DNA of 64,000 nucleotides from Escherichia coli (GTDB lineage Bacteria > Pseudomonadota > Gammaproteobacteria > Enterobacterales > Enterobacteriaceae). Below are positions 1 through 12,156 of the stretch, piece after piece. The number at the start of each line of letters is the position of its first letter. The stretch's first letter is position 1. A program made the translations under genes and the position numbers. The notes below the pieces were generated by a model, which worked only from the letters and a program-made list of their open reading frames with translations, made no database searches and was not told the DNA's origin. The stretch lies in assembly GCF_024502345.1 (NCBI RefSeq), contig NZ_JALDNN010000001.1; one strand, 5' to 3'.

Positions 1-353
1 ACGGGCGCACTGAACATCCGTTCGAGCTGGAAGAGGATGTCTGGCAGCGGGCAGAGATTGTCACCACTGGCGTTGGTTTTGGCGTGGCGATCCCGCACAC
101 CAAATCTCAGTGGATCCGTCATTCCAGTATCAGCATTGCCCGGCTGGCGAAACCGGTTGACTGGCAGTCAGAAATGGGCGAAGTCGAACTGGTGATCATG
201 CTGACGCTGGGTGCTAACGAAGGGATGAATCATGTGAAAGTCTTCTCGCAGCTGGCGCGTAAACTGGTGAATAAAAACTTCCGCCAGTCGTTGTTTGCCG
301 CGCAAGATGCACAAAGTATCCTGACGCTGCTGGAAACAGAATTAACCTTCTGA
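1..353 (+). CDS. fryA: 3' end of a PTS multiphosphoryl transfer protein (EIIA type-2 domain); partial, enters from upstream of window
   Basis: Frame 3 is open from base 3 to the stop at 351-353; translation contains the EIIA type-2 motif GVAIPHTK; position next to ypdC matches K-12 synteny. Confidence 0.55.
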   Translation, partial: GRTEHPFELEEDVWQRAEIVTTGVGFGVAIPHTKSQWIRHSSISIARLAKPVDWQSEMGEVELVIMLTLGANEGMNHVKVFSQLARKLVNKNFRQSLFAAQDAQSILTLLETELTF

Positions 354-355
354 CG

Positions 356-1213
356 TTAGCCCTGAAAACGGGCGCTGTACTCTCCCGGCGTCAGACCAAA
401 CTGACGCCGGAAAACGCGACAAAAATAGTCGCTATCCGGAAAACCGCAACGCTGTGCCACTTCATGAATTGACAGATGATATTTCTGCAAAATCATCCTC
501 GCCTTCGCCATTCGCACCCAACGCACATACTCGATAAAACGCATCGTTCCATGCTGAGCAAACAGTTTTGACAGATGATTGGGCGTGATATTAAAAAACT
601 GCGCCACGCTCTCGCGGGTGAGCGGCTGGGCATAATTATCCTGAACCCAGTTACAAATGCTGTGATAGAGAAAATCGCCGCGCGGCTGCGAATTGCCCGG
701 CGGCATATTCACCACGTTACGGCAAAGATGCAGCAAACTTAACACCAGCGGCTGAATGATATTTTGCTCCAGCGGCGAACGGCTAAGATGGGTGAGGGCG
801 GTAAGCATCGCTTCACCTTCACCGCGTTGCAGGCTGGGAAGCTGGATCTGGCGAGCAGGATGCAACAACGACGTGGTGCGGCTATCGTAAAACGATAACC
901 CAAGCCAGGTCGGAGCGAACACCAGGCTTAACAGCATCACCGGTTTGTTGTTGACCGGTAAATTAGCCGCGCGCGCCGGAATAAACAGCATTTCTCCTTC
1001 CACCAAACGTTGCTGCTTTGCTTCCAGCAGATTGCCGTATTCGCCGCGCAGCACGATATCCAGACGGGGAAAATCAATACATAAACTGCCCACCGGCAAC
1101 GAGGCAGGCTGGCTGGCAAACCAGACGCGCCCCAGTAGTTGCGGGTTAAGCACCAGGCCGCTGAACAGATCGGCGAAAAATTGTTGATCGGCGGGCAAGC
1201 CTGGTGCTTTCAT
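356..1213 (-). CDS. ypdC: AraC-family transcriptional regulator YpdC
   Basis: 285 aa ORF; C-terminal AraC-type HTH (…YFCRVFRRQFGLTPGEY); synteny with ypdAB. Confidence 0.85.
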   Translation of the reverse strand: MKAPGLPADQQFFADLFSGLVLNPQLLGRVWFASQPASLPVGSLCIDFPRLDIVLRGEYGNLLEAKQQRLVEGEMLFIPARAANLPVNNKPVMLLSLVFAPTWLGLSFYDSRTTSLLHPARQIQLPSLQRGEGEAMLTALTHLSRSPLEQNIIQPLVLSLLHLCRNVVNMPPGNSQPRGDFLYHSICNWVQDNYAQPLTRESVAQFFNITPNHLSKLFAQHGTMRFIEYVRWVRMAKARMILQKYHLSIHEVAQRCGFPDSDYFCRVFRRQFGLTPGEYSARFQG

Positions 1214-1225
1214 GAAAGTTCCCGA

Positions 1226-1960
1226 TTAAAGATGCATTAACTGGCGGAATTCTTTAACTTTGCTGCGGCTGACCGGCACTTCAAAATCCAGATCTTTCAG
1301 CCGCAGAATATAGGTGTTATTAAACCACGGTTCGATTTCGCGGATTTTGTTCAGATTGACACAAAATGAGCGATGGCAGCGGAAAAAATGCGACGGCGGC
1401 AGTTTGCTGCAAAATTCGGTAATGTTCATCGGCATTACGTAGGATTCACGCCGCGTATAGACAAAGGTCATTTTCTCGTGCGCTTCGGCGTAATAGATAT
1501 CGTTAATTGGCGTGACGATGATTCGCTCATCTTTCACCAGATTAATGGTGTCATTCTCACGCGTTACCGTCGCGGCAGGCGTGCTGCTGGTCTGCTGTTG
1601 TTGCCAGGCCGCTTCCAGTTTTTGCAGCATCCCGGTAATGCGTGACTCCTGATACGGTTTGAGAATGTATTCAAACGCCTCCAGTTCAAACGCTTCTACC
1701 GCATGTTCTTTCCACGCGGTGATGAACACAATAAACGGTTTATGGGCGAACTGGCTGATGTTTTGCGCCAGCAACACACCATCCAGCGACGGAATATTGA
1801 TATCCAGAAAAATGGCGTCGACGCGGTTATGCTGCAAAAACTTCAACACGTCCAGACCGTCGTCAAAGGTGCCGACAATCTCCATCTGGCTGTGCTCTTT
1901 AATTAGCCAGCTCAGTTCCTGTTGTGCCAGGAATTCGTCTTCAACAATGATGACTTTCAC
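1226..1960 (-). CDS. ypdB: LytTR-family response regulator YpdB
   Basis: Receiver domain (VIIVEDE…D…LDI) plus LytTR DNA-binding C-terminus; start placed at the internal GTG giving KVIIVEDEF, 14 nt downstream of the ypdA stop. Confidence 0.85.
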   Translation of the reverse strand: MKVIIVEDEFLAQQELSWLIKEHSQMEIVGTFDDGLDVLKFLQHNRVDAIFLDINIPSLDGVLLAQNISQFAHKPFIVFITAWKEHAVEAFELEAFEYILKPYQESRITGMLQKLEAAWQQQQTSSTPAATVTRENDTINLVKDERIIVTPINDIYYAEAHEKMTFVYTRRESYVMPMNITEFCSKLPPSHFFRCHRSFCVNLNKIREIEPWFNNTYILRLKDLDFEVPVSRSKVKEFRQLMHL

Positions 1961-1974
1961 AATATCACTCCGGC

Positions 1975-3672
1975 TCAAAGCAATAACGTAGCCTGTGAGG
2001 CGACTGGGGTGCGTTGGTTAGGAATGTAAAACGCAATTTCCGTTCCTGGTTCCAGGCGGCGGATATGCAGCCCCTCGCCATACAATAACTTCACGCGATG
2101 ATGGACATTCAGCAGGCCAATTTTATTGCCCGGCATTTCATTCGCTTCGACCCGCTCAATCACCTTTGGATCGATGCCGTGCCCGGTATCCCGCACCGCA
2201 ATGCGTACCCGATTGCCGCACTCTGCAACGCTGATGGTGACAACGCCTTTACCTTTGCAAGGCTGGATACCGTGGACAATGGCATTCTCCACCAACGGCT
2301 GGATCAGCAGGCTGGGAATGCAGCAATTCACCTCTTCATCAATATCATAGATAACCGTCAGCTTGTCGCCAAAGCGGGCCTGCTCAATGGCAATATAGTC
2401 TTTAATTTGATACAGCTCTTTTTTGATATCGATTTGCTCATCGTCTTTTAATTCAATGTTATAGCGCAGATAACGCGACAGATTAAAGATTAGCTGGCGA
2501 GCAGTATCCGGATTCAGACGGATTGACGATGAAATAGCGTTCAAAGCGTTAAACAGGAAATGGGGATTAATTTTGCTTTGCAGGGCGCGAAGCTCTGCCT
2601 TATTTGCCATTTCACGTAGCTGCTCGGCGCGTGAAACCTCCAGTTGCGTGGAGATGATTTGCGACAGACCAACCGCCATTTCCTGTAATGACGAGGTTAT
2701 CTGATGCGCGTGGCAGTAGTAAATTTTCAGCGTTCCGGTCACAACGCCTTTCTCCCACAATGGGATCACCAGCATGGAATGAATCTCTGGTGTGCGGTGG
2801 GCTTCATCATTGTTTTTAATGATGATTTTTCCGTAATTCATCGCCTGACGGGTAGTCGGGCTAATGAAGTCATCGCCGTTCTGATAGTTATGTTCACCCA
2901 CGCCAACATAGGCCAGCACATGATCGGTATTAGTAATCGCCACCGCATCGGCGTGAATGTCATCGCGAATAATTTCACAAACTTTGCGTAATGACTCGCT
3001 ATTGACATGGCGAAACAGAGGTAGCGTTTTGTTGGCGATATCCAGCGCCAGCTTGGCCTGCCGCGCGGCGCTGGCCTCTTTTTCGCCCTCAACGCTTTGC
3101 ACCAGAAGCACAATAAAGCCGATACAGACGCTGCCGAGGATCATTGGAATCCCGATTTTAGAGACGATATCGATCCCCAACGCGGTAGTTGGTGCCCAGA
3201 CAATCACCAGAATCATGGTCAACGTTTCACACAACATGCCGCCGAGAATACCGACGCGCCAGCGCTGTGCTTTGGGGATTTTCAGGTTGATCCAGCCCGA
3301 TATACAACCAGCCAGAATGCTGGTGATAAAGCAGGGGATCGCCGTCACGCCGCCGATATCAATTAAATAACGATGAATACCCGCAATCACGCCGGTAATG
3401 ATGCCCACCCACGGGCCAAACAGAATCCCGCCGGACATCACCGCGATAATACGTACGTTCACCAGCGAGCCTTCTACGGGAACGCCGGACCAGGTGCTGA
3501 AGAGGGCGAACAGCGAGAAAATGGCGGTAACGGCGAGCAACTCTTTCGGTGAGTGTGCCGACTTGTGCAACAGTTCGCGAAACAGGCGGATACGGATGAG
3601 AAAGAACAGGCAGATAAGCATTAACGCTGCCCGATCGAAGACCGCCAGCAGCATGTTGAATATTTCGTGCAC
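1975..3672 (-). CDS. ypdA: Sensor histidine kinase YpdA (5TM-LytS / GAF / HATPase)
   Basis: 565 aa ORF with N-terminal multi-TM region and C-terminal histidine kinase motifs ([16 protein letters not shown]). Confidence 0.9.
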
Positions 3673-4048
3673 GGGTGACTCTGAATAAGGATTAAACCTC
3701 TATGATAGGTAACCTGAAGGCTGATGACCAGCAGGCCGTTTTTGAGGAAAAACCACAATTTTAAAAGGGGATTGATAGATAAATGGTGTATTAGCAATGC
3801 ATCTCTTGATAATGCACTTCTGGTTAGTAAATTTATTGAAATTATTATGTTAATAAAATGAGTGGTAATTTTCTTGTTAGCGCAGATAAATTTCCTGTTT
3901 TTAAAGCAGAGTTCCTCATTTAACGTCATTAATAAAAATGTTCTAAAACGCTGGACAGACAGAAATTAATCAGGCTATTTTCAAAACAGCCACCATCGTG
4001 GCAGCGTCGCTCGGACGGTCCGGGCGCTAACGTTAATCTGAGGAAATT

Positions 4049-5287
4049 ATGGCTGACACTCGCCCTGAACGTCGCTTTACGCGCATTGATCGTCTCCCGC
4101 CCTATGTTTTTAACATTACCGCTGAACTGAAAATGGCTGCGCGTCGGCGCGGCGAAGATATTATCGATTTCAGTATGGGTAACCCGGACGGTGCGACTCC
4201 GCCGCATATCGTCGAAAAATTATGTACTGTGGCCCAGCGCCCGGACACGCATGGTTACTCCACTTCACGCGGTATTCCGCGGCTACGTCGCGCCATTTCC
4301 CGCTGGTATCAGGATCGCTACGACGTTGAAATCGACCCGGAATCAGAAGCCATCGTCACTATTGGTTCGAAAGAGGGCCTGGCGCATCTGATGCTGGCGA
4401 CACTGGATCACGGTGACACAGTGCTGGTGCCGAATCCAAGTTACCCCATTCATATTTACGGCGCGGTGATTGCCGGGGCTCAGGTACGCTCAGTGCCGCT
4501 GGTGGAAGGTGTCGATTTCTTCAACGAACTGGAGCGCGCCATTCGTGAAAGTTATCCGAAACCGAAGATGATGATCCTCGGCTTCCCGTCGAACCCAACC
4601 GCGCAATGCGTGGAACTGGAGTTCTTCGAAAAGGTTGTGGCACTGGCGAAACGCTACGATGTGCTGGTGGTCCATGACCTGGCCTATGCCGATATCGTCT
4701 ACGATGGCTGGAAAGCGCCGTCAATCATGCAGGTGCCGGGTGCACGCGATGTGGCGGTCGAGTTCTTTACGCTGTCGAAAAGCTACAACATGGCGGGCTG
4801 GCGTATCGGCTTTATGGTTGGCAACAAAACGCTGGTCAGCGCGCTGGCACGTATTAAAAGCTATCACGATTACGGCACCTTTACGCCGTTGCAGGTGGCG
4901 GCGATTGCGGCGCTGGAGGGCGATCAACAGTGCGTGCGCGACATTGCCGAACAGTACAAACGCCGCCGTGATGTATTGGTTAAAGGGCTGCATGAAGCGG
5001 GCTGGATGGTCGAAATGCCGAAGGCTTCGATGTATGTCTGGGCGAAAATACCGGAACCGTATGCTGCCATGGGCTCGCTGGAATTTGCCAAGAAATTGCT
5101 TAACGAAGCGAAGGTCTGTGTCTCTCCGGGGATTGGCTTTGGCGACTATGGTGATACGCATGTGCGCTTTGCACTGATTGAAAACCGCGACCGTATTCGT
5201 CAGGCGATTCGTGGGATTAAAGCGATGTTCCGTGCCGACGGTTTACTACCCGCCAGCAGCAAACATATTCACGAAAACGCGGAATAA
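4049..5287 (+). CDS. alaC: Glutamate-pyruvate aminotransferase AlaC (PLP class I aminotransferase)
   Basis: 412 aa ORF; PLP-lysine motif [10 protein letters not shown]; divergent from ypdA as in K-12. Confidence 0.9.
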   Translation: MADTRPERRFTRIDRLPPYVFNITAELKMAARRRGEDIIDFSMGNPDGATPPHIVEKLCTVAQRPDTHGYSTSRGIPRLRRAISRWYQDRYDVEIDPESEAIVTIGSKEGLAHLMLATLDHGDTVLVPNPSYPIHIYGAVIAGAQVRSVPLVEGVDFFNELERAIRESYPKPKMMILGFPSNPTAQCVELEFFEKVVALAKRYDVLVVHDLAYADIVYDGWKAPSIMQVPGARDVAVEFFTLSKSYNMAGWRIGFMVGNKTLVSALARIKSYHDYGTFTPLQVAAIAALEGDQQCVRDIAEQYKRRRDVLVKGLHEAGWMVEMPKASMYVWAKIPEPYAAMGSLEFAKKLLNEAKVCVSPGIGFGDYGDTHVRFALIENRDRIRQAIRGIKAMFRADGLLPASSKHIHENAE

Positions 5288-5306
5288 ACACCGACCTCAG
5301 AAATGC

Positions 5307-5337
5307 AAACAGGAGCCTGATGGCTCCTGTTTTTCAT
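5307..5337. terminator. Rho-independent terminator-like hairpin downstream of alaC
   Basis: Inverted repeat aaacaggagcc / ggctcctgttt followed by a T-tract, about 20 nt after the alaC stop. Confidence 0.5.
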
Positions 5338-5778
5338 TGCACAGTTTGCTTTTAGATCATCAGGGCAAAAGTACCGGCCCAAACGATGACCATAAAAGAA
5401 ATGCCCATAAAGAAATATTTCACTTTACATCTCTCCGCGTAATTGCTGTTACGCCTGAATGACTTCATTACACCTGATACAGTGAGTTGACACCGGGCAA
5501 AACGACCTTAAAAGTCCTGTATTTTACCGTGGGCATCACCCCAGAATTCTGAGCTAAACTGCTCGAGACGGCGCTAATGTACGCCTAAAACTGAAACGAG
5601 ACAAGAGGCATTTTCTTATTTACTTTTAGTAACTTACAGGTGTCTCATATCGGCGACAGTTTAATTTCTGACGGTAATAATTAGATGTTCAGCGAAGGAA
5701 AAAACCTTAAGAAAAAAGCCATAAAAACCATGAGGTTATTATGGCTTATGTGAGGAGGTAAAGAGTCAGAGCAGTTTG

Positions 5779-6699
5779 TTAAATGTATAACGACGATTCT
5801 CCCACCGGGCGCGTTTTAAAGCGACGGTGGATCCAGAGGTACTGCTCCGGTGCACGCATGATCTCTTTCTCGATAATCTTGTTCATATAGGCAGCGGCTT
5901 GATTTTCATCTGTCGGGTAGCCTTCCATCTCTGGGGTGATGAACAAACGATATCCGCTGTAATCCGCTTTTCTTACCATCGTTACGGTCAACATGGCTGC
6001 GCCAGAGAGACGGGAGAGAACATAGGTGCCATTGGTTGTGGCGACATTTTCTACCGCAAAGAACGGCGCGAAGGAGCTGCCTTTACGACCATAATCCTGA
6101 TCGGGAGCAAACCATACCGCTTCACCTTTCTTCAGTGCACTGACAATGCCGCGCAGATTATTTCTGCCGATCATCGCTTTGTTAGAGCGCATGCGACCAC
6201 GGGTCTGCACCCATTCCATCAGCTGATTATTATGTGGACGATAGGTAGCCATCATTGGCTGACAAAGTCCCATCACGCGACCGCCCAGTTCCAGCGACAT
6301 AAAATGGACGCCGACAACCATTACGCCGCGATTTTGCATTTGTGCGCGTTTAAGGTTATCCAGCCCTTCAACATCAAACCATTTACGTACGCGACTGTCG
6401 GGCCAGAACCACGCCATGCCGGTTTCTACCAGCGCCATGCCGAGTGAACGAAAGTTTTCGGCAATCATCTTCTCGCGTTCTTCCGCAGAATGCTGCGGGA
6501 AGCAAAGTTCCAGGTTTTTACGGGCGATAGATTCACGCCGTTTCAGGAATGGTCGCGCCATTGCGCCAATACGCGTGCCGAGAAAGCAGAGAACAGGATA
6601 AGGAAGCTGTACCCAAAGCCAGAGTACACCAAGCCCAAACCATGTGAGCCAGTAGCGAGGATGTAGAAACTCGCGGGAAAATTTGCATTGTGGAAACAT
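5779..6699 (-). CDS. lpxP: Lipid A palmitoleoyl-ACP acyltransferase LpxP
   Basis: ORF 5779-6765; start placed at the internal Met (MFPQCKF…) for a 306 aa LpxL/LpxP-family protein; K-12 synteny. Confidence 0.85.
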   Translation of the reverse strand: MFPQCKFSREFLHPRYWLTWFGLGVLWLWVQLPYPVLCFLGTRIGAMARPFLKRRESIARKNLELCFPQHSAEEREKMIAENFRSLGMALVETGMAWFWPDSRVRKWFDVEGLDNLKRAQMQNRGVMVVGVHFMSLELGGRVMGLCQPMMATYRPHNNQLMEWVQTRGRMRSNKAMIGRNNLRGIVSALKKGEAVWFAPDQDYGRKGSSFAPFFAVENVATTNGTYVLSRLSGAAMLTVTMVRKADYSGYRLFITPEMEGYPTDENQAAAYMNKIIEKEIMRAPEQYLWIHRRFKTRPVGESSLYI

Positions 6700-7051
6700 A
6701 GTTACCTTCTGTAGATACGAATTGTTGTATCGCAGAAGATTCCATGTCGACAGCGGTACACTCAATTGGTTGGGCCATCATGTACGACAATGGTTCCTGT
6801 AAAGAGTGTAAAGACTAGTCAGGACATAACCACGAGGAGCATGAATGCGGTGGCTCTACTTTATCACTGGCTGACTGCTTTCAGCTACTGATTATTAATC
6901 GTGCAAAGTAAAAAATTTTCCGCACGCAATAGTGTTGCATTTAACATGCTGTTTTCATTGATGCTTAGCAAAAATTGCCAGAGGTTAAGGATTGTCTTAC
7001 TATTAAAGTGACTGAAGTTACAGGTTTTTTAGCGCGGCAGGAGGTTGAGCT

Positions 7052-7294
7052 ATGATTTATTTATGGATGTTTCTCGCCCTGTGTATTGTCTGCGTAAGCG
7101 GCTACATCGGTCAGGTACTGAATGTGGTATCGGCGGTCTCTTCTTTCTTCGGCATGGTGATCCTCGCTGCACTCATTTATTACTTCACCATGTGGTTAAC
7201 AGGCGGTAATGAACTGGTGACGGGGATATTTATGTTTCTTGCCCCGGCTTGTGGCTTGATGATTCGCTTTATGGTGGGGTATGGCAGGCGGTAG
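7052..7294 (+). CDS. yfdY: Small membrane protein YfdY
   Basis: 80 aa hydrophobic ORF in the conserved position between lpxP and ypdI. Confidence 0.7.
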   Translation: MIYLWMFLALCIVCVSGYIGQVLNVVSAVSSFFGMVILAALIYYFTMWLTGGNELVTGIFMFLAPACGLMIRFMVGYGRR

Positions 7295-7370
7295 TGGGTC
7301 AGGATGGCTCATTTGGGCAGGTGTTCACATCAGCATCAGACATGATTGCTCACCTGCCATGTGACAGACG

Positions 7371-7646
7371 CTATCGCACAGGATGAATAAGATAACTCGC
7401 CTTTGTCGGATAAGTGGGCGTGGTTTCTTCTGTGAGGTTTAATGGTGGCGCATCTTCTCTCATCTTAAACAAAAGCGCCTGTGATGGCTGAAATTTTGTA
7501 GAGTGAGTTGTCGTCATCGCTGATGTTTTTTCAGTCTCTTTATAGCTCCTCTCACTTCCACCACCAGAAATGGAAAATGCAAAAACATTGCATGCCATAA
7601 TAGAGACCAATAAAAATAAGCTAAAAAGTATTAAGTTTACTTTCAT
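7371..7646 (-). CDS. ypdI: Lipoprotein YpdI
   Basis: 91 aa ORF with a lipoprotein-type signal peptide (…LLVSIMAC); K-12 synteny. Confidence 0.7.
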   Translation of the reverse strand: MKVNLILFSLFLLVSIMACNVFAFSISGGGSERSYKETEKTSAMTTTHSTKFQPSQALLFKMREDAPPLNLTEETTPTYPTKASYLIHPVR

Positions 7647-7788
7647 AGAAAGTTATCCTGAAAATGGTTCACTGAGAAAGTACGATGTTATGGCTGTATT
7701 TACATATAATTAATCAATATTTACATCGATATAATAAATGACATCTCTTTGTGGTACATAAGAATAGTTCTCTGTGACAGGAAGCATA

Positions 7789-7844
7789 TTCCTACAATTG
7801 TAAGACTAAAATACTTCTTGCGATAATAACTACAACTGTAAGAT
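7789..7844 (+). promoter_or_regulatory. Two putative EvgA boxes (TTCCTACAATTGTAAGAC at 7789-7806 and TAACTACAACTGTAAGAT at 7827-7844) upstream of yfdX
   Basis: Inverted-repeat TACA-N-TGTA motifs resembling the EvgA consensus, 100-150 bp upstream of yfdX. Confidence 0.4.
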
Positions 7845-7941
7845 AACCCTTTCAAAATGACCGTTGCTCTCTGATTTCTCATTTCATGCTCACCCAATAT
7901 GATGGCGGCGTTTTCTAAAACTGTTAAAGAATGAGGAAAGT

Positions 7942-8577
7942 ATGAAACGTTTAATTATGGCCACGATGGTCACAGCAATTCTGGCATCTTCAACTGTATG
8001 GGCTGCTGATAATGCTCCGGTAGCGGCACAACAGCAAACTCAGCAAGTTCAGCAAACCCAGAAAACGGCAGCGGCAGCAGAGCGTATCTCTGAACAAGGT
8101 TTATATGCGATGCGTGACGTGCAGGTAGCGCGTCTGGCTCTGTTTCATGGCGATCCGGAAAAGGCAAAAGAACTGACCAATGAAGCTTCAGCTTTGTTGT
8201 CAGATGACAGTACCGAATGGGCAAAGTTCGCTAAGCCAGGTAAAAAGACCAATGTCAATGATGACCAATATATTGTCATTAATGCATCTGTCGGAATTTC
8301 TGAGAGTTATGTAGCGACACCCGAAAAAGAAGCCGCGATAAAAATTGCCAATGAAAAAATGGCGAAAGGGGATAAAAAGGGCGCAATGGAAGAGCTTCGC
8401 CTGGCCGGTGTTGGTGTAATGGAAAACCAATATCTGATGCCGCTTAAACAGACTCGTAATGCACTTGCTGATGCGCAGGAACTGCTTGATAAAAAGCAAT
8501 ACTACGAGGCAAACCTGGCGCTTAAAGGTGCGGAAGATGGAATCATCGTCGATAGCGAAGCACTGTTTGTGAACTAA
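7942..8577 (+). CDS. yfdX: Periplasmic protein YfdX
   Basis: 211 aa ORF with signal peptide; first gene of the yfdX-frc-oxc-yfdVE cluster. Confidence 0.85.
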   Translation: MKRLIMATMVTAILASSTVWAADNAPVAAQQQTQQVQQTQKTAAAAERISEQGLYAMRDVQVARLALFHGDPEKAKELTNEASALLSDDSTEWAKFAKPGKKTNVNDDQYIVINASVGISESYVATPEKEAAIKIANEKMAKGDKKGAMEELRLAGVGVMENQYLMPLKQTRNALADAQELLDKKQYYEANLALKGAEDGIIVDSEALFVN

Positions 8578-9088
8578 TGCTGACAGGCAGTATATTGAGG
8601 TAAAGGATTTAACTCCCCCCAGCCGACAATTTTTTATGACCACAATACGACAGGTTGTGGTCATAAAATTATTTGGCACTCACGGTTCTATAAACTCGCA
8701 TTTTATATTCCTCAAAGTAAACCGCAATAATCCCGTGTCATCACAAATCATTTAATATGATATATTTTATGGTACGCTTTAAAAAGTGTAATCATACCCT
8801 TACTTGTAAATCACCGGCGCTTCTTACAGTTGTAAGAATAACATCACAAATGTCGCGACTCTCTCTGATTACCACGAACCAATATTTATCATATTCTTCT
8901 TTTCGTCCTCACTACTTACCATGCAGAAAGGAATTGGAAGTAGCGATGAAATGATTTTCAGTACTTGATACAGGAATGTAAAAATATCGAGTGCCGCTAC
9001 GATGATATTTTGCGGGTTATTTATAGAGGCGTTATGCCTTAAATAAACGCTAAATTAACACATATTTAATTAACTAATAGGTATTGCT

Positions 9089-10339
9089 ATGTCAACTCCA
9101 CTTCAAGGAATTAAAGTTCTCGATTTCACCGGTGTGCAATCTGGCCCATCTTGTACTCAAATGCTGGCCTGGTTTGGCGCTGACGTCATTAAAATAGAAC
9201 GTCCCGGCGTTGGTGACGTAACGCGTCACCAGCTGCGAGATATTCCTGATATCGATGCGCTTTACTTCACCATGCTTAACAGTAACAAACGTTCTATTGA
9301 ATTAAATACCAAAACAGCGGAAGGCAAAGAGGTAATGGAAAAGCTGATCCGCGAAGCTGATATCTTAGTCGAGAACTTTCATCCAGGGGCCATTGATCAC
9401 ATGGGCTTCACCTGGGAGCATATTCAAGAAATCAATCCACGTCTGATTTTTGGTTCGATCAAAGGGTTTGATGAGTGTTCGCCTTATGTGAATGTAAAAG
9501 CCTATGAAAACGTTGCTCAGGCAGCGGGTGGCGCGGCATCCACTACGGGTTTTTGGGACGGTCCGCCGCTGGTAAGCGCTGCAGCGTTGGGTGACAGCAA
9601 CACCGGAATGCATTTACTGATCGGTTTACTTGCTGCTTTGCTGCATCGCGAAAAAACGGGGCGTGGGCAACGAGTCACCATGTCAATGCAGGATGCCGTA
9701 TTGAACCTTTGCCGCGTGAAATTACGCGACCAGCAGCGTCTCGATAAATTGGGTTATCTGGAAGAATACCCGCAGTATCCGAATGGCACATTTGGTGATG
9801 CAGTTCCCCGCGGAGGTAATGCGGGTGGTGGCGGTCAGCCTGGCTGGATCCTGAAATGTAAAGGTTGGGAAACCGATCCTAACGCCTATATTTATTTCAC
9901 TATTCAGGAGCAAAACTGGGAAAACACCTGTAAAGCCATCGGCAAACCAGATTGGATTACCGATCCGGCATACAGTACAGCCCATGCCCGACAGCCACAT
10001 ATTTTCGATATTTTTGCTGAAATCGAAAAATACACTGTCACTATTGATAAACATGAAGCGGTGGCCTATTTGACTCAATTTGATATTCCTTGTGCACCGG
10101 TTTTAAGTATGAAAGAAATTTCACTTGATCCCTCTTTGCGCCAAAGTGGCAGTGTTGTCGAAGTGGAACAACCGTTGCGTGGAAAATATCTGACAGTTGG
10201 TTGTCCAATGAAATTCTCTGACTTTACGCCGGATATTAAAGCTGCGCCGCTATTAGGTGAACATACCGCTGCTGTATTGCAGGAGCTGGGTTATAGCGAC
10301 GATGAAATTGCTGCAATGAAGCAAAACCACGCCATCTGA
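9089..10339 (+). CDS. frc: Formyl-CoA:oxalate CoA-transferase (class III CoA-transferase)
   Basis: 416 aa ORF; CaiB/BaiF family signature; adjacent to oxc. Confidence 0.9.
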   Translation: MSTPLQGIKVLDFTGVQSGPSCTQMLAWFGADVIKIERPGVGDVTRHQLRDIPDIDALYFTMLNSNKRSIELNTKTAEGKEVMEKLIREADILVENFHPGAIDHMGFTWEHIQEINPRLIFGSIKGFDECSPYVNVKAYENVAQAAGGAASTTGFWDGPPLVSAAALGDSNTGMHLLIGLLAALLHREKTGRGQRVTMSMQDAVLNLCRVKLRDQQRLDKLGYLEEYPQYPNGTFGDAVPRGGNAGGGGQPGWILKCKGWETDPNAYIYFTIQEQNWENTCKAIGKPDWITDPAYSTAHARQPHIFDIFAEIEKYTVTIDKHEAVAYLTQFDIPCAPVLSMKEISLDPSLRQSGSVVEVEQPLRGKYLTVGCPMKFSDFTPDIKAAPLLGEHTAAVLQELGYSDDEIAAMKQNHAI

Positions 10340-10392
10340 TATTAACGGGGGCTTCTGGCTCCCAATTTATAAAAATTTCGAGGTTATTAATC

Positions 10393-12087
10393 ATGTCAGA
10401 TCAACTTCAAATGACAGATGGTATGCATATCATCGTTGAAGCATTAAAACAGAATAATATTGACACTATTTATGGTGTTGTAGGTATTCCTGTGACGGAT
10501 ATGGCGCGCCATGCCCAGGCGGAAGGCATTCGTTATATTGGTTTTCGTCATGAGCAGTCGGCAGGCTATGCCGCTGCGGCAAGCGGTTTTCTTACCCAAA
10601 AACCGGGGATCTGCCTGACAGTTTCTGCGCCAGGATTCCTCAATGGTTTGACCGCATTGGCCAACGCAACGGTAAATGGTTTTCCGATGATCATGATTAG
10701 CGGCTCCAGCGACCGCGCGATCGTCGACCTACAGCAAGGTGATTATGAAGAGCTGGACCAAATGAATGCGGCAAAACCGTATGCCAAAGCAGCATTTCGC
10801 GTTAATCAGCCGCAGGATCTTGGCATTGCATTGGCGCGCGCTATCCGGGTCTCCGTATCGGGTCGCCCTGGCGGAGTTTATCTTGATTTGCCAGCAAATG
10901 TCCTGGCCGCGACGATGGAAAAAGACGAAGCGTTAACCACGATTGTAAAAGTTGAAAATCCGTCGCCAGCATTATTGCCATGCCCGAAGTCAGTCGCTAG
11001 CGCAATTTCGCTTTTAGCAAAAGCTGAACGACCATTAGTTATCCTTGGCAAAGGCGCGGCGTATTCACAAGCTGATGAACAGCTTCGTGAATTTATTGAA
11101 AGTGCCCAGATTCCATTCCTGCCAATGTCTATGGCGAAAGGGATCCTCGAAGATACGCATCCACTTTCTGCGGCAGCTGCGCGTTCGTTTGCCCTGGCAA
11201 ATGCTGACGTTGTCATGCTTGTTGGTGCACGACTGAATTGGTTACTGGCACACGGTAAAAAAGGATGGGCGGCAGATACACAGTTTATTCAACTGGATAT
11301 TGAACCGCAGGAAATTGACAGCAACCGCCCTATTGCTGTGCCAGTCGTTGGCGATATTGCATCCAGTATGCAAGGTATGCTGGCAGAGCTGAAACAAAAC
11401 ACATTTACGACTCCACTGGTATGGCGCGATATTTTAAATATCCACAAGCAGCAAAATGCACAAAAAATGCATGAAAAATTAAGTACAGATACCCAACCAT
11501 TAAATTACTTTAATGCATTAAGTGCTGTGCGCGATGTATTGCGTGAGAACCAGGATATTTATTTAGTTAATGAAGGTGCAAATACCCTGGATAATGCACG
11601 AAATATTATTGATATGTATAAACCACGTCGTCGTCTGGATTGTGGTACCTGGGGTGTCATGGGCATCGGTATGGGCTATGCCATCGGTGCTAGCGTGATC
11701 TCTGGTTCTCCGGTTGTCGCCATTGAAGGTGATAGTGCTTTTGGTTTCAGTGGGATGGAGATTGAAACGATTTGTCGATATAACCTGCCGGTGACGATCG
11801 TTATTTTTAATAATGGCGGCATCTACAGAGGAGACGGTGTTGATCTCAGTGGCGCTGGTGCACCATCACCAACAGATCTGTTGCACCATGCAAGGTATGA
11901 CAAATTAATGGATGCGTTTCGTGGCGTTGGCTATAACGTCACCACGACAGATGAACTTCGTCATGCTTTAACCACCGGTATTCAGTCGCGCAAACCGACC
12001 ATTATTAATGTGGTCATCGACCCTGCAGCAGGAACTGAAAGTGGCCATATTACCAAACTTAACCCAAAACAAGTCGCTGGTAATTAA
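10393..12087 (+). CDS. oxc: Oxalyl-CoA decarboxylase (ThDP-dependent)
   Basis: 564 aa ORF; ThDP-binding motif GDSAFGFSGMEIET…NNGG. Confidence 0.9.
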   Translation: MSDQLQMTDGMHIIVEALKQNNIDTIYGVVGIPVTDMARHAQAEGIRYIGFRHEQSAGYAAAASGFLTQKPGICLTVSAPGFLNGLTALANATVNGFPMIMISGSSDRAIVDLQQGDYEELDQMNAAKPYAKAAFRVNQPQDLGIALARAIRVSVSGRPGGVYLDLPANVLAATMEKDEALTTIVKVENPSPALLPCPKSVASAISLLAKAERPLVILGKGAAYSQADEQLREFIESAQIPFLPMSMAKGILEDTHPLSAAAARSFALANADVVMLVGARLNWLLAHGKKGWAADTQFIQLDIEPQEIDSNRPIAVPVVGDIASSMQGMLAELKQNTFTTPLVWRDILNIHKQQNAQKMHEKLSTDTQPLNYFNALSAVRDVLRENQDIYLVNEGANTLDNARNIIDMYKPRRRLDCGTWGVMGIGMGYAIGASVISGSPVVAIEGDSAFGFSGMEIETICRYNLPVTIVIFNNGGIYRGDGVDLSGAGAPSPTDLLHHARYDKLMDAFRGVGYNVTTTDELRHALTTGIQSRKPTIINVVIDPAAGTESGHITKLNPKQVAGN

Positions 12088-12156
12088 ATACTGACATCGT
12101 CTCCTCTTGCCAACTCATTATGCGATGGTGAGGGGACCCTTATCGGAAATACTATT

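Noticed and set aside
937-1187. Short ORFs nested inside or antisense to annotated genes throughout the window (for example 937-1119, 945-1187, 2098-2451, 4635-5177, 45907-46320, 51369-51968, 57966-58559)
   Set aside because: They overlap well-supported genes in other frames or on the opposite strand and show no recognisable domains; treated as chance ORFs.
8757-8954. 65 aa ORF in the AT-rich region upstream of frc
   Set aside because: Lies in a low-complexity AT-rich promoter region with no supporting features; likely non-coding.
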